Below are positions 1-12,545 of a stretch of 40,691 nt of DNA, one piece after another. The stretch is from Hyphochytrium catenoides (Eukaryota > Protista > Hyphochytriomycota). Both the position numbers and the translations under genes were made by a program. The stretch is from the NCBI GenBank assembly GCA_900088475.1, contig FLMG01002443.1, positions 1 to 40,691 of the forward strand. The letters are read 5' to 3'. Numbering within the stretch: position 1 is the first letter of the stretch; each line of letters opens with the position of its first letter. The notes beneath the pieces are model-generated. The model was given only the letters and a program-made list of their open reading frames with translations, was not told where the DNA came from and made no database searches.

Positions 1-965
1 CTAGAATTTGGTAATCTGGTGGTTTAGGCTATTCAATACCACCCAGTAGCTGCATTTTTTATAGAAGAAAAACACAATTATTATTGCGGTACGCACCAAC
101 TCCACGGTCTCAGTCATGATGACTGACGGCGCGGGCGGGCCCATACATGCTCCTCTGAACTGCAATGTGGCGTCTTACGGATGCTTAATAAAGCGAGAGG
201 TCTTCTCGTGTGGAAAGGTCACTTGCATGATGGCAAATGGCTCTTACCTGACCAACACATTTATTGAGGCTTATCGGACAGTAGCTGGGCTATTATTGCG
301 ACGACGCTGCCCATAATAGGCAGGGCCAAGAAAATAACGATGAGAACCATAAAAAGCAGCTCATGAATGATCTTTTATTTAATGACCGCACCACCAGCAG
401 CCGTAATGAATTTATTCAAGATACCTAATCCTCCTGCTAAGCAGCCCCTTGAATGAAAGCAGGAAGAAAGGAGGAGCAAAGAGGGAAACGAGAAAGGAGC
501 CAAGAAAGCTTCCTCAAGACAAAGCCCATGGGTGGAAGGAACCCCCAGTGATCATTGGACACAACCCTGCTGACCTCTCCTTGCACGATAACTGCCAGTA
601 AATGAGGGATAACGACTAGTCAGGCAAAGCCAGAGAGTGTGTCTGACTTAAGCTGACAACAAACAAGAGCTCTAGAAGGCAGCTACCAACATCAACAAAG
701 GCAGGTGCGAAATTTAACCAAGAAACTATTCTTCATCGTAACAACGGCGAGGAAGACCGAGTGGAGGCAGGTATGGCATAAGGCCTTATTATATAATTAC
801 TCCGAGAGAGAAGCACCTTAGACTCTGAGAAGGTAGGCGATGAAACGGGTCTCCATAATGTGAGGGCTGCTTTCCAGGCAGATGGTGGAGGACGACCAAC
901 AGCCCAACAACGTATCACCATACATATCCCCTTATTTATATAGAACAATTGCAGACAGAGTCTTC

Positions 966-1030
966 NNNNNNNNNNNNNNNNNNNNNNNNNNNNNNNNNNN
1001 NNNNNNNNNNNNNNNNNNNNNNNNNNNNNN
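966..1030. other. Assembly gap (N run)
   Basis: 65 N bases. Confidence 0.99.
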
Positions 1031-1624
1031 CCCCTCCTGTCCTGGTTATTATCCTCCTGTCTCTATCATCTCTCGCTGAGATTGACTAGAACAAGGAGCC
1101 ATCGTGATCTTCCATCTCTCTCTCTCTTCTGGTGCACTTTCTTGAGGCACCGGTAGACAACAAAGGGAGAGGGAAAAAGCACTAATCTTGCTAGAAAGGA
1201 TGTTGATGATGACTGGAAGGAGGCAAGGACCATGGTACATGTGCAGCTGGTGGTCGCCTTACTATGAGGAGAGAGGAGATGATTAGATGCTGAGTCTTTA
1301 AGCACTTCTTTAGGCGTCTCTCTTCTTGGATGGTGGCGTACCTTCTTCTGATATCTTGTGCATTCGCTTTCTTCTAGGCCCTAATGTAGATTATCCCCCA
1401 GTCCTAGCCAGTTCATTCGTTCACGTCTCATCCATAATCAGGTACCAATGAGGAAGCTGCTAGTCACTTCTCTCCTTGCCATTCCTGAATCTACAGGCGC
1501 TTGGCAACGTGCTTGCTGACTGTTGTTCTCATTCTTGTATGACCCATAATAACTCATTCTTTACTAGGGAGTAAGTTTCCTCATTAGACAGGGGAACCAG
1601 CGATATGCAGGATCGAAGCCTATC

Positions 1625-3010
1625 TTGCCTTCACCTCGTCCACTTGCTCTATCGTCTTATCGTGAGCCTTATATCGTAAAAGCCGGCATTGCTGATGTCC
1701 CTATCAACAAGACCACTTCCACTCTTCGTCCTGCCACACCCAACAATGGCGTCCGGGGAGGCTGCCGCCTCATTGCTAAAGGGGACACTTGGGACGTTCC
1801 CGCCGTCCGGGTCTACAAGTGGCTCAGCTGCAATGGCTCTTGGTGTATAGCGGCGAAGGGCAAACAGGGAGGAAATATGACGCCAAGTTTTATCTTGGAC
1901 CAGACTGACGTGGGAAGGATGATCCCCCTCGGGAGGAGGATTAGGAGGCCATCAGCCTCGACGATAAGAGCAGCAGGCTTGTCAACCCCAATGACATTCC
2001 TATCGTTCAGAAGTATGATGGCACGAAAAGCCCCTTCGTTTAGTTCAACAACGGCCTTCCTGACCCTAGTTTATCCTCTAGCACCAGTTCCATCTTTGAA
2101 TACATAGTCACGGCAGCTGGAAGTGTCTCCATGCGCATAACGGCTGATGGTGTGGCCCAGCCAGTGAGCTTCAGACAACCCGTAATGAATGGCAATAACC
2201 TAGGGAGAATCCAACTCAGGATTCTCAAGCCTAGACCTCCTTTCGGAAGACCAGAGTTACCTCGCAAGCTGGATTCAGTGAGATCTCATACCATTGGTAC
2301 ACGCAACCAACCAATCCCAGACCTTCACCCCGTACACTACTACCGGCACGTGGCAGTCAAAGGTTCCTGAGGCGTGAAATTGGCAGCAGTCGCTTCCAAT
2401 AATTGACTCTTCCGTCGTGCGTGACGTCTTTCTACGACATTGATGGGCTGATAAATGATCATTCTGTGGGGCATCACCGAAGGCCAAGAGGGTAACGATG
2501 GCCAGCCACGTCGTCGAGTTATTGGCTACTTTGAGGCGGGCACTCTTAGCACCACCACCTAGAAGAGGACTGATGCAATCAACTTTCATGACAGCATCCT
2601 TGGTCAGCCGTATGACCTCCTTATATGGATGGACGCTAGACTTTCGCCAGTTCTCAATCGTTCTCCCGTCATGGAGAACGCCCAGATGAACTGGTGGCAA
2701 GCGGATTTGACGCTGCTGTGGAGTAGGACAACATCGATGGATGATGAGATATCGAGCAATATCGCACCTCTTCTTTTCCCCTTACTTCCCACCAGCTGCT
2801 CGGGCCAACCTTGCAAGATCGAAAGGTCTGGGCGTCTCCCATAAGAACAACGTAGACCAACTTTTTGACCTTCTACCCTACGTCTTCTTCGCTGTGATGA
2901 ATGAGCCGTGCTTCGAGGACTATTATAGTGATGAGCGCCAGAAGCTTCTTCCTTTCATTGACGCCGGAACAACGCCACCAGTAGTCTTTGAGGCTGAGTA
3001 CGAGCCGTAA
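1625..3010 (+). pseudogene. Decayed coding region, family not recognised
   Basis: Overlapping protein-like frames broken by isolated TGA/TAG stops and frameshifts (e.g. KYDAKFYLGPD*...VNPNDIPIVQKYDG...; C-terminal VDQLFDLLPYVFFAVMNEPCFEDYYSDERQKLLPFIDAG...EYEP*). AATAAA-like signals follow at ~3096 and ~3117. Confidence 0.3.
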
Positions 3011-6000
3011 GTACGACAGCGCTACACACAACGTTTACAGTCGTGCAAGGAGCTACAAGTTCCATAGAAGAGGTGTACGTTAATCGCTACGCTGAATAAA
3101 AAGCGGCACCACTTGGAATAAAATCATTAAGCACCTTTTTGATCAATTCATGAGAAAGGAACTGTGTAACTCCAACCAAACTTCTTTTTAGAAATTTGCC
3201 AAGCTCAATTCTTGGTTCGCCCACCCGTCCTTCTCAAAATCTCGTCGTACCGCACAGCACGATGACTGTGTTTGCATGAGTTATTTAGATCCTATTCAAT
3301 ATACCCTCTTCATTATCCCGAATTCTACGACTGCTCAAGCGGGTAGGTTTTGGGCTCTGAGGGCGTATCGCTTTATATAAAAAAAAAGTTCTTGCCGTGC
3401 TTTCCCATAGAAGCACTAATAAACTTAGCGCACTGCAGGGCCGCGTGGAGTTCATCGATCGACCAGCGGAGCTAGGATCTGGCTGGCCGTGGCTGAACAT
3501 GTCCATGACTCGACGATCCGAGTCTGAGCGAGTTAGAGTGTCCAGGCCACAGCCAAGCCTGAGATAGAAAGTCGTGGTTAAAGTGCACCTCTTCTACTGT
3601 ACAACAAGACAATTGACCTGAAGCCCTACGGCGCGCGTTAGCTGTGACATGGTCAACCCACCCAAGAAAATTGCGCAACTCCACAACTCTGGTGGTGTAG
3701 GTGCCTCCGCCAGCTCAGGTGGTACATAGTCCCTGCCACGCCTTCCTCTTGAACTGTCTACACACATGTTGTGTCTAGTTACACTGTCATTGCGGCGTCC
3801 CATAGGACTGATCATGTCCATTTCTTTTCTGGCCAAGATAACCCTCTACAACTATAATGAGTCAGGCTGAGCTATTCGAAGGTACTTTGCAGTCCTCGGC
3901 CCCGTCAACTTTCCTGCTACGAAGAGGGTAATAAGGAGTAATAACTCATAGCAAGACTGAGATGATGATGATCCAATTATGGCCCGCCTGATGAGGGAAT
4001 AGGATAAAGCAACAAACGCCCGCCGACGGAGGCACTTCTCCTACATACTGACATTCATTAGAAGTAAGTGGGCTCCATCTCGATCCTCCTGAGGACCGCG
4101 TTGCTTTCTAGACCCACAAGGACTCAAAGGCCGAATCTCCTCGTTTGCTCCAAGAGAGCAAAACAACTAGAATAGTAAGAAAGACAGTAAACTCTAGAGG
4201 TCAAGAAGAGCCGTGAAGGGGTAAGAAAAAAGAACGAGCGATAAGGGAAGAGAAATAATGACTGTGAAGGAGAAGAACTGTTCGAAGTCCACTTCCCTCC
4301 ATAAAGCTTGCTGGCGGGCTGGACAGAGACACGCTCATAACCGGAAGGAGCTACTAACCTCGAGACAAAGAAGAAGAAGGGCGAGATTGAAGACATCCAC
4401 GTTCTATGAGGATATAACAGAACGTAGCATATAAGAGATGTCCTCGGCAGTCAGGGTAGTGTGAGACCGGTTGACGCTGGGACAAAAGCTGACGGTACTA
4501 TCACAGCGGCGGGTCTCCTCCTCTCTATTCGGTTAACAGCTTTAAGGCATAAAAATAGCGGCACGCGCCTAACGGGTGCCTCTATTCGTCTGCTCTTTTT
4601 GGTGCTTCCTTCTGGTTCCGCTTACCATATTCCTCTCACTCCTCGGCCAAGACTCTCCCCCATGGGCAGCCAGGAATAGTAATTGATGATCATAACGTGG
4701 CTCTCCATTCGTTATCAATGGCGGCAAGTGGACGACAGGTCGAAGGACGTGACCACGAAGGAAAGACCAAGGTTATTCCTCACAGGGTTCATCCACTCTT
4801 CTCTGTCCGCATCCACAACGCAACGCCACGGATTACCATCCATCTTCTCCCTTGTGGCTAATGATTCTTGAGTCTCTTTTATTTGCTCTTCCAGATGGAC
4901 GATTAATGGTGAGAGGAGGATGCTCATGTTCGCTTATGACGCTATGGCTTGAGATAAGAAGACTATAAGATAGAAGTTCTGATAGGCTGCTATGTGACTA
5001 TCATCAATTAGTCGTCCCCCACCCATCCACAGCTCATCGTCTGCCACTCGCCTCCTGTCTATTCTTCCGTCTTCATATTTTCTATTCCCACTTCGTCCAC
5101 GTTTCCTAACCACCTAACTATGCCTCTTTCCTCTCCCCTGCTTCTCTTCCTATGAATAACCTCTTTCCTCTCTCCTGCTTCTCCTCCTATCAGTGTATCC
5201 CATTCTCCCGACGTTTGATATTCTGACTCCTCTTCTTCTTTCTCCCTTATAGTTCCTCCGAGTCCTAACATCATACACTGCTGCTGTTGCTCACTCTTCC
5301 TCTCCCCCTGTTTGTCTGTATGCCTCCATGATGACGATGCCTTTCTCGACGTAGTCAACTCAATGTCAACATCTGGGAACGAAAGCACTGGACAGCTGGA
5401 GGACGCGGGTAACGCCTCCTCAAAAGGGACAAGACAAGTGATGTAACGGACGACTGAGTGCACTCATAAAGAGACAGCCCAAGATCCGGGGTCCCACTCC
5501 CACATTCAATCGCCTCTATCCTATTCCGCCTCATGGTTTACCTCTTTGAACTAATCCTGTTCTGATACTATTCCGCCTCGTGCCGTTCATCTCGCAGCGC
5601 TCTGTCTTCTCTTTTTATGGCTCTTTGTATACCGATCCTATCGTTCTTCATTAATCTTTCTCTCTCCTTTATGGATCGCCTCACCTCCTCTCATGTTGTC
5701 TCTGCTTCTCGCAGTCCTTGTCTTGATTTGTTTGGTCTGTTGTCTCGCTCTGTCTTACTCATAATGACCTTCCAACGCAGGTGGTAAATATCTCTCTTCA
5801 CTCTGGCTGCTGATCCACTGTGGGCATTGGTGTGCCCTTTCGGCTTTCAGCGTTCATGACTTGGGAATAACTCACAATGTCTCGTTCAATCTGTCTCAAT
5901 CCTCCATTCATTATTGTAGTCTATCTTATATCTCTACTGTCTCTGTCTCCATAACTCATCCACATGGGCACTGTGCTTTTTATGAACGCAATAGAACCTG

Positions 6001-6109
6001 CTTCCCGCTCTGTGGTCTGTCTCTCTCATCTATGACTCTTCGGCAAGATGAGATGCCACCTGCTTGCTCTCCTTTTCTCTTTCTTTCTCTCTCTCTCTCT
6101 CTCTCTCTC

Positions 6110-6155
6110 NNNNNNNNNNNNNNNNNNNNNNNNNNNNNNNNNNNNNNNNNNNNNN
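6110..6155. other. Assembly gap (N run) after a (CT)n tract
   Basis: 46 N bases directly following a CT microsatellite. Confidence 0.99.
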
Positions 6156-7319
6156 GTCCAACACTTCTACTCTCCAGCTAAATATAGCGACGAAGAAAAA
6201 CAGGCGAAAGGACATGGCGACTACCGAGGAAGCAGACTTCTCTTGACTTCTCTTGCCTTCCGCCACTCCCCTGACCGCAACCGCCGTCCGCACTGTCTCC
6301 CTTTTCTGACTCTTAATCATCTTCACTGGCCTCCTCCCTCGCTCTTTTCTCTTTTCCTTCTCTCTGCCTCTCTCCTCTATTCCACTTGTCCGTTGCACTC
6401 TCTGGTCACAGCTGGTCTGTCTCTCAGTGCTAGAAGATCCATCATAGGCTTTAAACCTTGCCCGCCATCTTCTATCCGCATCCCGCTCTCGTGCCATCTC
6501 TATCCTCTTAACTCTTCCTTCACCTCCGCTCTGATCCCTCCTCTTCTCTCTCTTTTCTCCCTATCCTTCTTTCCTTTTCCCCTCTTCTCCCAGATGTTTT
6601 GCTTCCACGCACACAGCTGGTGGACCCTAGACTCTCCTCTTCCCTCGTCGTGTTGCTGATGAATCAGATCATTGCGAGGTACTGAGGAAGAAAAGTGCCA
6701 CGCGTTCGCTCCTCCACCATGAACTGAACTGACCGTTCTCCCCTTCCTGCCTTGAACGTCGCTTGTAGTGAATGACACACATCATCCTCATCTTTATGGG
6801 CGCTCCCTCTTCTTCCCTCTTCTCTATCTTTCACCTCTCTTCCAGAGCCTGTTCGTCTGCGACGTCGTTCCTCCAAGGTTTTCGACCACCGATAGCAAGC
6901 AGCATCATCATAGAAAAAGAAAGAAGACATCAGCTAGAATCAATAGTCCTTGTGACATCAGCCACAACGACATCTAGAGAGACAGCTCGATCATCTTCTT
7001 AAACCTTTCAACAACCCTTTGTCAACACTTCCCTCTCCTTCCTCCTTCCTTACTCGGTTCTTTTGCCCTCCTCGCTCTCTTTCTTGCCTGTTTTTCTGGT
7101 CACGCTCCACCGGCTGTGTCAGCACTTAGGCTCGTCTGTTCTCTAGCACAACTGCCTTCAGAGCCGGCTCTGCACTCTTTCTCTTCAGTTCTCTACTGTT
7201 CTCTATCATCTCTCTTCTATCTACGCCTTCAATCGTCCTGTTATTTTTATTGGTCCGTCTCTACTGTCTCTCTCGTCGTCTCCTTTGTGTACACTCTCTC
7301 TCTCTGACTCCCCGGTCTT

Positions 7320-8640
7320 GAGGCGCTGCCTGCATCACCCTACCGCAGCGGAGAGAAGAGGGCTTTGGACCTCGCAGGCCTCTCTCATTCAAGCATTTCC
7401 TCATTTCAGAGCACGAGTCCAAGCACCACCTCAGGGTCCTATGTCCAATTGCCGCCAGCAGTAAAGAAAGAAGCACAGACCATAGATAAAGCTCTCATCG
7501 CAGATCCGCTTCCTCTGACTAAAGATGGTGGCAACAATGGCTTTGAATGGTGTTAAAATCAGCACTCAGCAAACCCGCAGATTGATCACTAGGCCGCCAT
7601 CTCCTAGGCCGTTCCTAACCCTTAAGCTTGCACGAGAACCTGAGGGGGAAGAAGCCCTCCAGCCTGAGGAGGATGGCACCTCGATAACCCCTAATAATGC
7701 AGCAGACTCCCACCACCCTAGCTCGGGTTTGGCTCAATCTCTCCCTCCTACTGCTCATGCGCTACTCTCCCCTCGCTCCTACGGCTCACCCAGCGGTTGT
7801 CTGCGTAAATCACAGCTCAAGCGAGGATATGGCAAGGCGCCGCTGTTTCGACGATCCTCAGCCCCAGAGCTGGATAGGGCCAGTAGAGCGATGGATAGCC
7901 TCTACATCCACCCACGCATTGCAACGATTCGCAGAGAAGAATTGACCTTCTTGGCCGATATTCCTGCAGTACACCGTTGCTTCAAAGCACACAGTAGCTC
8001 TAAGCCCAGCCCTTCCAGGGCATTCAGCTCTTCATGAAGCCCTTCCAGGTCCTATCAACTCTGCATGAAGTCCTTCCACCTTCCTACCAATCCTTCCTGG
8101 AAGGAGCAGAGTGGTGCACGCACGACAGAGGCGGAATGTGGGGACTGGGTTCCATCTCTCTTCTGATCCCCACAAGCAGTGATGAACCGCCTTGGCCAAC
8201 CTTTCCGATGTCTCACCTTGATAACGCTTCGGCGATAGCTCTTTATTTTCATCGCCCAGTTTCCCTATCTTGCCTACCTTCTTCCTCCTGCCGTGGCGGC
8301 GATGTCGCCTTACGACCAGCGAGGACGCCTAGCTCTTCTGTTACAGGGCTCAGCTCATTGTTATTTATCATGTCAGGCTGCTAGTCGTAGGAAGTGTCTT
8401 ATCACTGTCCGCTCTTTACTAGGCTGCTGCCTCCCTCGTTGCCTGACTCTCAGGCCTATAGAAAAGTTCTTTAGACGTACAAAACGTATAATTTATATCT
8501 CTGACAGTATGTTCCGCTTGTCCTGCCTTAACAAAAGGGTAGCTATCTTCGCTTCTTCGCTTCTTCCCACGTCCCATCATGCATTGTTCAAAGAGATTGT
8601 CGAGACTCTAAGTAAAGTGAGAGACAGAACCATTCGGCCT
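7320..8640 (+). pseudogene. Degenerate protein-kinase-like (TKL-type) relic
   Basis: After a Ser/Pro-rich stretch, three kinase-like motifs occur in order across frameshifts: IATIRREELTF (~7918, start-of-domain-like), MWGLGSISLLIPTSSDEPPW (~8136, subdomain IX-like DxWxxG...EPPW) and PTSHHALFKEIVETLSKV (~8566-8620, subdomain XI-like RPxFxEIxxxL). No intact HRD or DFG motif. Confidence 0.35.
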
Positions 8641-9239
8641 GAAGATAGAGACCATTCCGCCCTGTTGTTTAGATGATTTTGATCGCGAAAGGACAGAACC
8701 ACAGGGAAGAACGAGGGTCAGTAAGAAGGTATGAACACTTCCTCTTCCCGTCTCCATCAACGTACAGCTATCCATCGACCTGCCACTGCTCCTCAGACGG
8801 CGACACTGCGTCAATAGATAATAGGCGCCCCGGGGACACCTTCATTGAGACGCCACAGGCAGCAACGGCACGATCTTGTGGGAACAATGACAACAATGAC
8901 AGACTGCTGCTGCGCTGACTGTTGACAGGCAAAGCTCATTCTTCAAAGCTAAACCCAAGGCATCCAAGCTTGATCAGGCCCAAAGCTCTGTCATTGCCAT
9001 CATCCTTGCCATAGAAAGAACTGTAAGTTGACCCAGCAGGAAGAGGAGAGACGAGCAAGAAAAGAAGAGAAGAACGTGAAGGCGGCTGGGATGGCTGCAT
9101 CGCGCAGGTGGTCATTTTTGCTCACCCAACCACCCCGGTTCCTTGTCATATATAATGCCCCAAATAGTCATGCTTTTGCTCTTGAGCCTACCCGTCCAGA
9201 GGAGGAGAGGGAGGCATGAGAATCAGAACAGGAACAGAC

Positions 9240-9506
9240 GCCCCTGTTCTCTCTTTCTCTGCTCGTCCTGTTCGTTGTTCCTCCTCTCCTGCACGTGCAT
9301 CACTCTCTTCTTCTTCTCTCTCTTCTCTCTCTCTCTCTCTGCCTCTCTCTCTCTCTCTCCCTCCTGTCTCTCTGTCTCACACTCTCGCTTTCTCTCTCTC
9401 ACACCCTGTCCCCTTCCGCGAGCGCTTCCTTATCTTTGCCTTTATCTCTCCCGTCTCCGCGTCTTCTTTCTCTTTCTCTTATTTCTCCCCTTATTCTTCT
9501 TCCCAG
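9240..9506 (+). repeat. CT-rich/polypyrimidine microsatellite tract, likely a 5'-UTR intron of the hydrolase gene
   Basis: Long (CT)n-rich run ending at an acceptor-like ttcttcccag (9506), ~200 bp upstream of ATG 9703. Confidence 0.6.
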
Positions 9507-9702
9507 TGACCCCTCTTGGAGTCCTGGTACAGGCGCAGGCCAAAAGCAAAGATACCGCGACCAGAAGATGAGCAGAAGCGGCAGCAGCAGCCCGCTGGAA
9601 GCTCGACGGAAACAGACAGAGGCTATCTCTATAAGTATCTTAGGGGAGCAACGATAAATCACGAAGACGTAGCTGGGGACAGAAGAGCAGACAGAGAAGA
9701 AA

Positions 9703-10572
9703 ATGTCGAAGCTAAAGGTTCACCATTTGACCTGCGGCTGTCTCTGCCCCTTAGGCGGCTGGCTCTTTGACGGCTTTAGCAGCTCAGTCTTGGGTGGGGG
9801 GTTGCTCTCTTGCCACTGTCTTCTGGTCGAGACACCATCCCAGGGCTTGGTACTGGTCGACACAGGCTTCGGTCTAAAGGATCTCCATCCTTCTTCGGAC
9901 AGAGTGCACCCGATGTTCAAGGCGATCTGTAGGCCAAATATCACGGCCGATATGACAGCAGTTGCGCAAGTCAAGCAGCTGGGCTTCTCTCCTTCTGATG
10001 TCCGGCACATCGTCCTGACACACCTTGATTTTGACCACGCAGGAGGCATAGACGACTTCCCCGAAGCAACGATACACGTCCTGGCCTCTGAGAAAGAGAC
10101 AGCAGAATGGGGAGATGGGATGATTTGCAAGCGGCGATATCGAAAGGAGCAGTTCTGCCATCACACCCGTTGGGAGCTCTATGAGCCGCAGGGCGAGAAA
10201 GAGCAGTGGTTTGACTTTGAAGCCATTAAGCTTAGAGGCCTGCCTGACGATATCCTGCTCGTCCCGCTAAGGGGCCACACCCCTGGCCATTGTGGCGTCG
10301 CTGTCCAGTCGGATAAAGGCTGGCTTCTTCACGCTGGAGATGCCTACTTTTACAGAGACGAAATGAATGTGGCCAAGCCCTATTGTACGCCAGGTTTGAG
10401 GGCTTATCAGTGGCTGATGGACTCAGAAGCTACGTGGCGCAGACAGAACCAACTTAGACTCAGGCAGCTGGTAAAAGACAGCGGGGATAAGGTGACAGTC
10501 TTCTGTGCACATGATTACAAGGAGTTCGAGACGCTGAGGGACGAGTCTTCTCCTACTGCCGCTGCATCGTGA
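9703..10572 (+). CDS. Metallo-beta-lactamase-fold hydrolase (AHL-lactonase-related, bacterial-type), 289 aa, intronless
   Basis: N-terminal HHLTCGCLCP, CHCLLVET, LVLVDTGFG, VRHIVLTHLDFDHAGG (HxHxDH variant), GHTPGH, LHAGDAY and FCAHD give the full MBL metal-ligand set. Clean ATG...TGA. Confidence 0.95.
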   Translation: MSKLKVHHLTCGCLCPLGGWLFDGFSSSVLGGGLLSCHCLLVETPSQGLVLVDTGFGLKDLHPSSDRVHPMFKAICRPNITADMTAVAQVKQLGFSPSDVRHIVLTHLDFDHAGGIDDFPEATIHVLASEKETAEWGDGMICKRRYRKEQFCHHTRWELYEPQGEKEQWFDFEAIKLRGLPDDILLVPLRGHTPGHCGVAVQSDKGWLLHAGDAYFYRDEMNVAKPYCTPGLRAYQWLMDSEATWRRQNQLRLRQLVKDSGDKVTVFCAHDYKEFETLRDESSPTAAAS

Positions 10573-11316
10573 GGCAAATAGCCACTCTGCGGTGTCGAGA
10601 GTCTGACGGAGACGGATGAGACATACCAGATTAGGCACGGCATAAGACATAGTTGACAGAAAGAGATTGGGGAGAAGCGAGGCATGGAAAGTCTTTAGAG
10701 TACGTCTGTATCTTATATGAGCGAGTCATAGTCGTCCCATGTTCCACCCGCTGCGAGAAGACCGAGACTGGTTAGTTGATGCTGATATATGATTTCGTTG
10801 CCTTCCTCATCACACGGAGTAACAGCATAAAGCAAAGGCTTTAGAGTGGGGATCCCAGAGACAGTTTGTAAGCATGAAGTCCACCAGTCGGTGGCTCTTC
10901 TAAGCTCAGCGGCCATGCGTATCGGTACTGGTAGCCGACAGTCAATTTCGACTGGTAGATGGAACAAGGATATCCTAAGGCAGAAGTGCTACCATTATAA
11001 GGCTGTCTCATGCATTGGCCTGCCATGCATTGATCCGCTCGTGGAGTAGGGGGCGGCGAGGGAAAGAGAATTGCTGGCGTGTGGCGCTTATTACTGACCT
11101 CCTGATCATCAACACCCGCCGTTTGCGGCGACTATGTGCAAGCGCTCGACGACTGACTCTAGAAGGACCTACCGCTTGCTCTTCCACACTGATCTAAAAG
11201 TATCGCAGAAGATGCGACCTCCGGCTCCCACAAGACGAAAAAAAAGTGTCAACATGCGCGCATCTCTCCTCTTCTCGCAGTAAGCATTTCTCGGGAAACT
11301 CTAACGTCAGAGGTCA

Positions 11317-11355
11317 GTCCATAGTCCATAGTAGGTAGCGTCCATAGTAGGTAGC
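11317..11355. repeat. Short tandem duplication (gtccatagtaggtagc x2 plus a partial copy)
   Basis: 16-mer at 11324-11339 and 11340-11355, preceded by gtccata. Confidence 0.9.
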
Positions 11356-11874
11356 ACTTCTGCTATCAAGCTTGTCGAACTATCATTCCCTTTCCCGCTA
11401 TTCAAGGTGTTCTGCTGCATACATATGTTGCTTACCAAGCTTGTTTCCCTAAGCCCGGCTGGCCCGGTCAACATGCTGCAGGTAGTAGGTCTGTGAGCTA
11501 GGTCTGTGAGTAAGGATGCCTAATCGGTGCCAGGAGGGAGCAGGTGTGGTGCGGGGGAGTGGACAACATGAAGAAGAGCAATGGCAGCAGCTTATCTATC
11601 GTCCTTTACTTCTTCTATTCTCCATGCATTCTGAAGAGAAATAAAGCCTTCTTTCTTCCTTTTTCCTTTCTCTTGCTTGGTTGCCCACCGCAGAGGCGGC
11701 GCCCGTCAGTCCTGTGACCTTTCAATCTTAGACAGGCTGTAACGGCTTAATATTCGTGATCAGAACAGCTAGGGTTAGGTATATGCAGAGCGTTTATCAC
11801 TTCCATTCCTAATCGTGTGATGTTACTCTGGCAGGTCAAAGCCTCCCTGATATTGTCTCCTACTTTGTGCGGCT

Positions 11875-12010
11875 GCTCTCTCTCTCGCGCTCTCTCTCTC
11901 TCTCTCTCTTCCTCTCGCCCTCTCTCTCTCTTCCTCTCGCCCTCTCCCTCTCTCTTCCTTTCGCTCTCGCTCTCTCACCCTCTGTCTCTCTCTCTCTCTT
12001 TCTCGCTTGT
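11875..12010. repeat. (CT)n microsatellite tract upstream of 6-TM paralogue 1, probably intronic (5' UTR)
   Basis: Near-pure CT repeat; donor-like gcag|gtcaaa at ~11835 upstream; acceptor-like AGs at ~12225 and ~12454. Confidence 0.75.
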
Positions 12011-12545
12011 CCTTGTCTGACCGCACTGTTAGATTATTGGGGCCTTGGCCAGTTGGTTGCGGTGTTATTCTCTCTATCTCAGCCTCTTCTCACTCTCTGT
12101 ATCTCCTCTGTATGTGTCTCTCCGCTCGCCCTCTTAGTCCTGCTCCAAATTCCCTGTCTCTCTTGCTATTAAGAACTACCGTTGCTTATATCCTGAGCGC
12201 CTTCTCCTTGTCTTTCTTCGACCAGCGTTGCGCTCAACTACTACGAACGCGTCCAAGGAAACCATAGCTGAAGTCCTCGAAGTATCCTGCGCTTTGCTTC
12301 TATCTATTGTTTGACGGCCTTCCGCTAAGAATTTTTGACATACAGAGAGAAATAACGGCATCTGCCAGTTGGGAAGCTCCGTATCTCGGCTATGTAGCGG
12401 TTCCTGGGCATCTCTGCTGCTTCTCTTGCTCCCCTCCTTCTCTCTCGTCCACAGTCTGCCCAAAAAGGCGGACGAAGGCGCGGCCCCAGTCCTCGGTGTA
12501 AGGGAGATTGGTTTGGGGAAGTCAGTGGATCCGTGGAGGAGAGTG

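Noticed and set aside
5861-6659. ORFs of 100-200 aa rich in Leu/Ser or Arg/Glu (also 9143-9657, 11817-12172, 29602-30213, 36317-36811, 38264-38704)
   Set aside because: Translations of CT/GA microsatellites, which lack stop codons by composition; some span N gaps or lie in introns.
12369-12545. Signal-peptide-like N-terminal extension of paralogue 1
   Set aside because: Starts at TTG, the hydrophobic stretch is a polypyrimidine tract with an acceptor AG, and the paralogues lack it.
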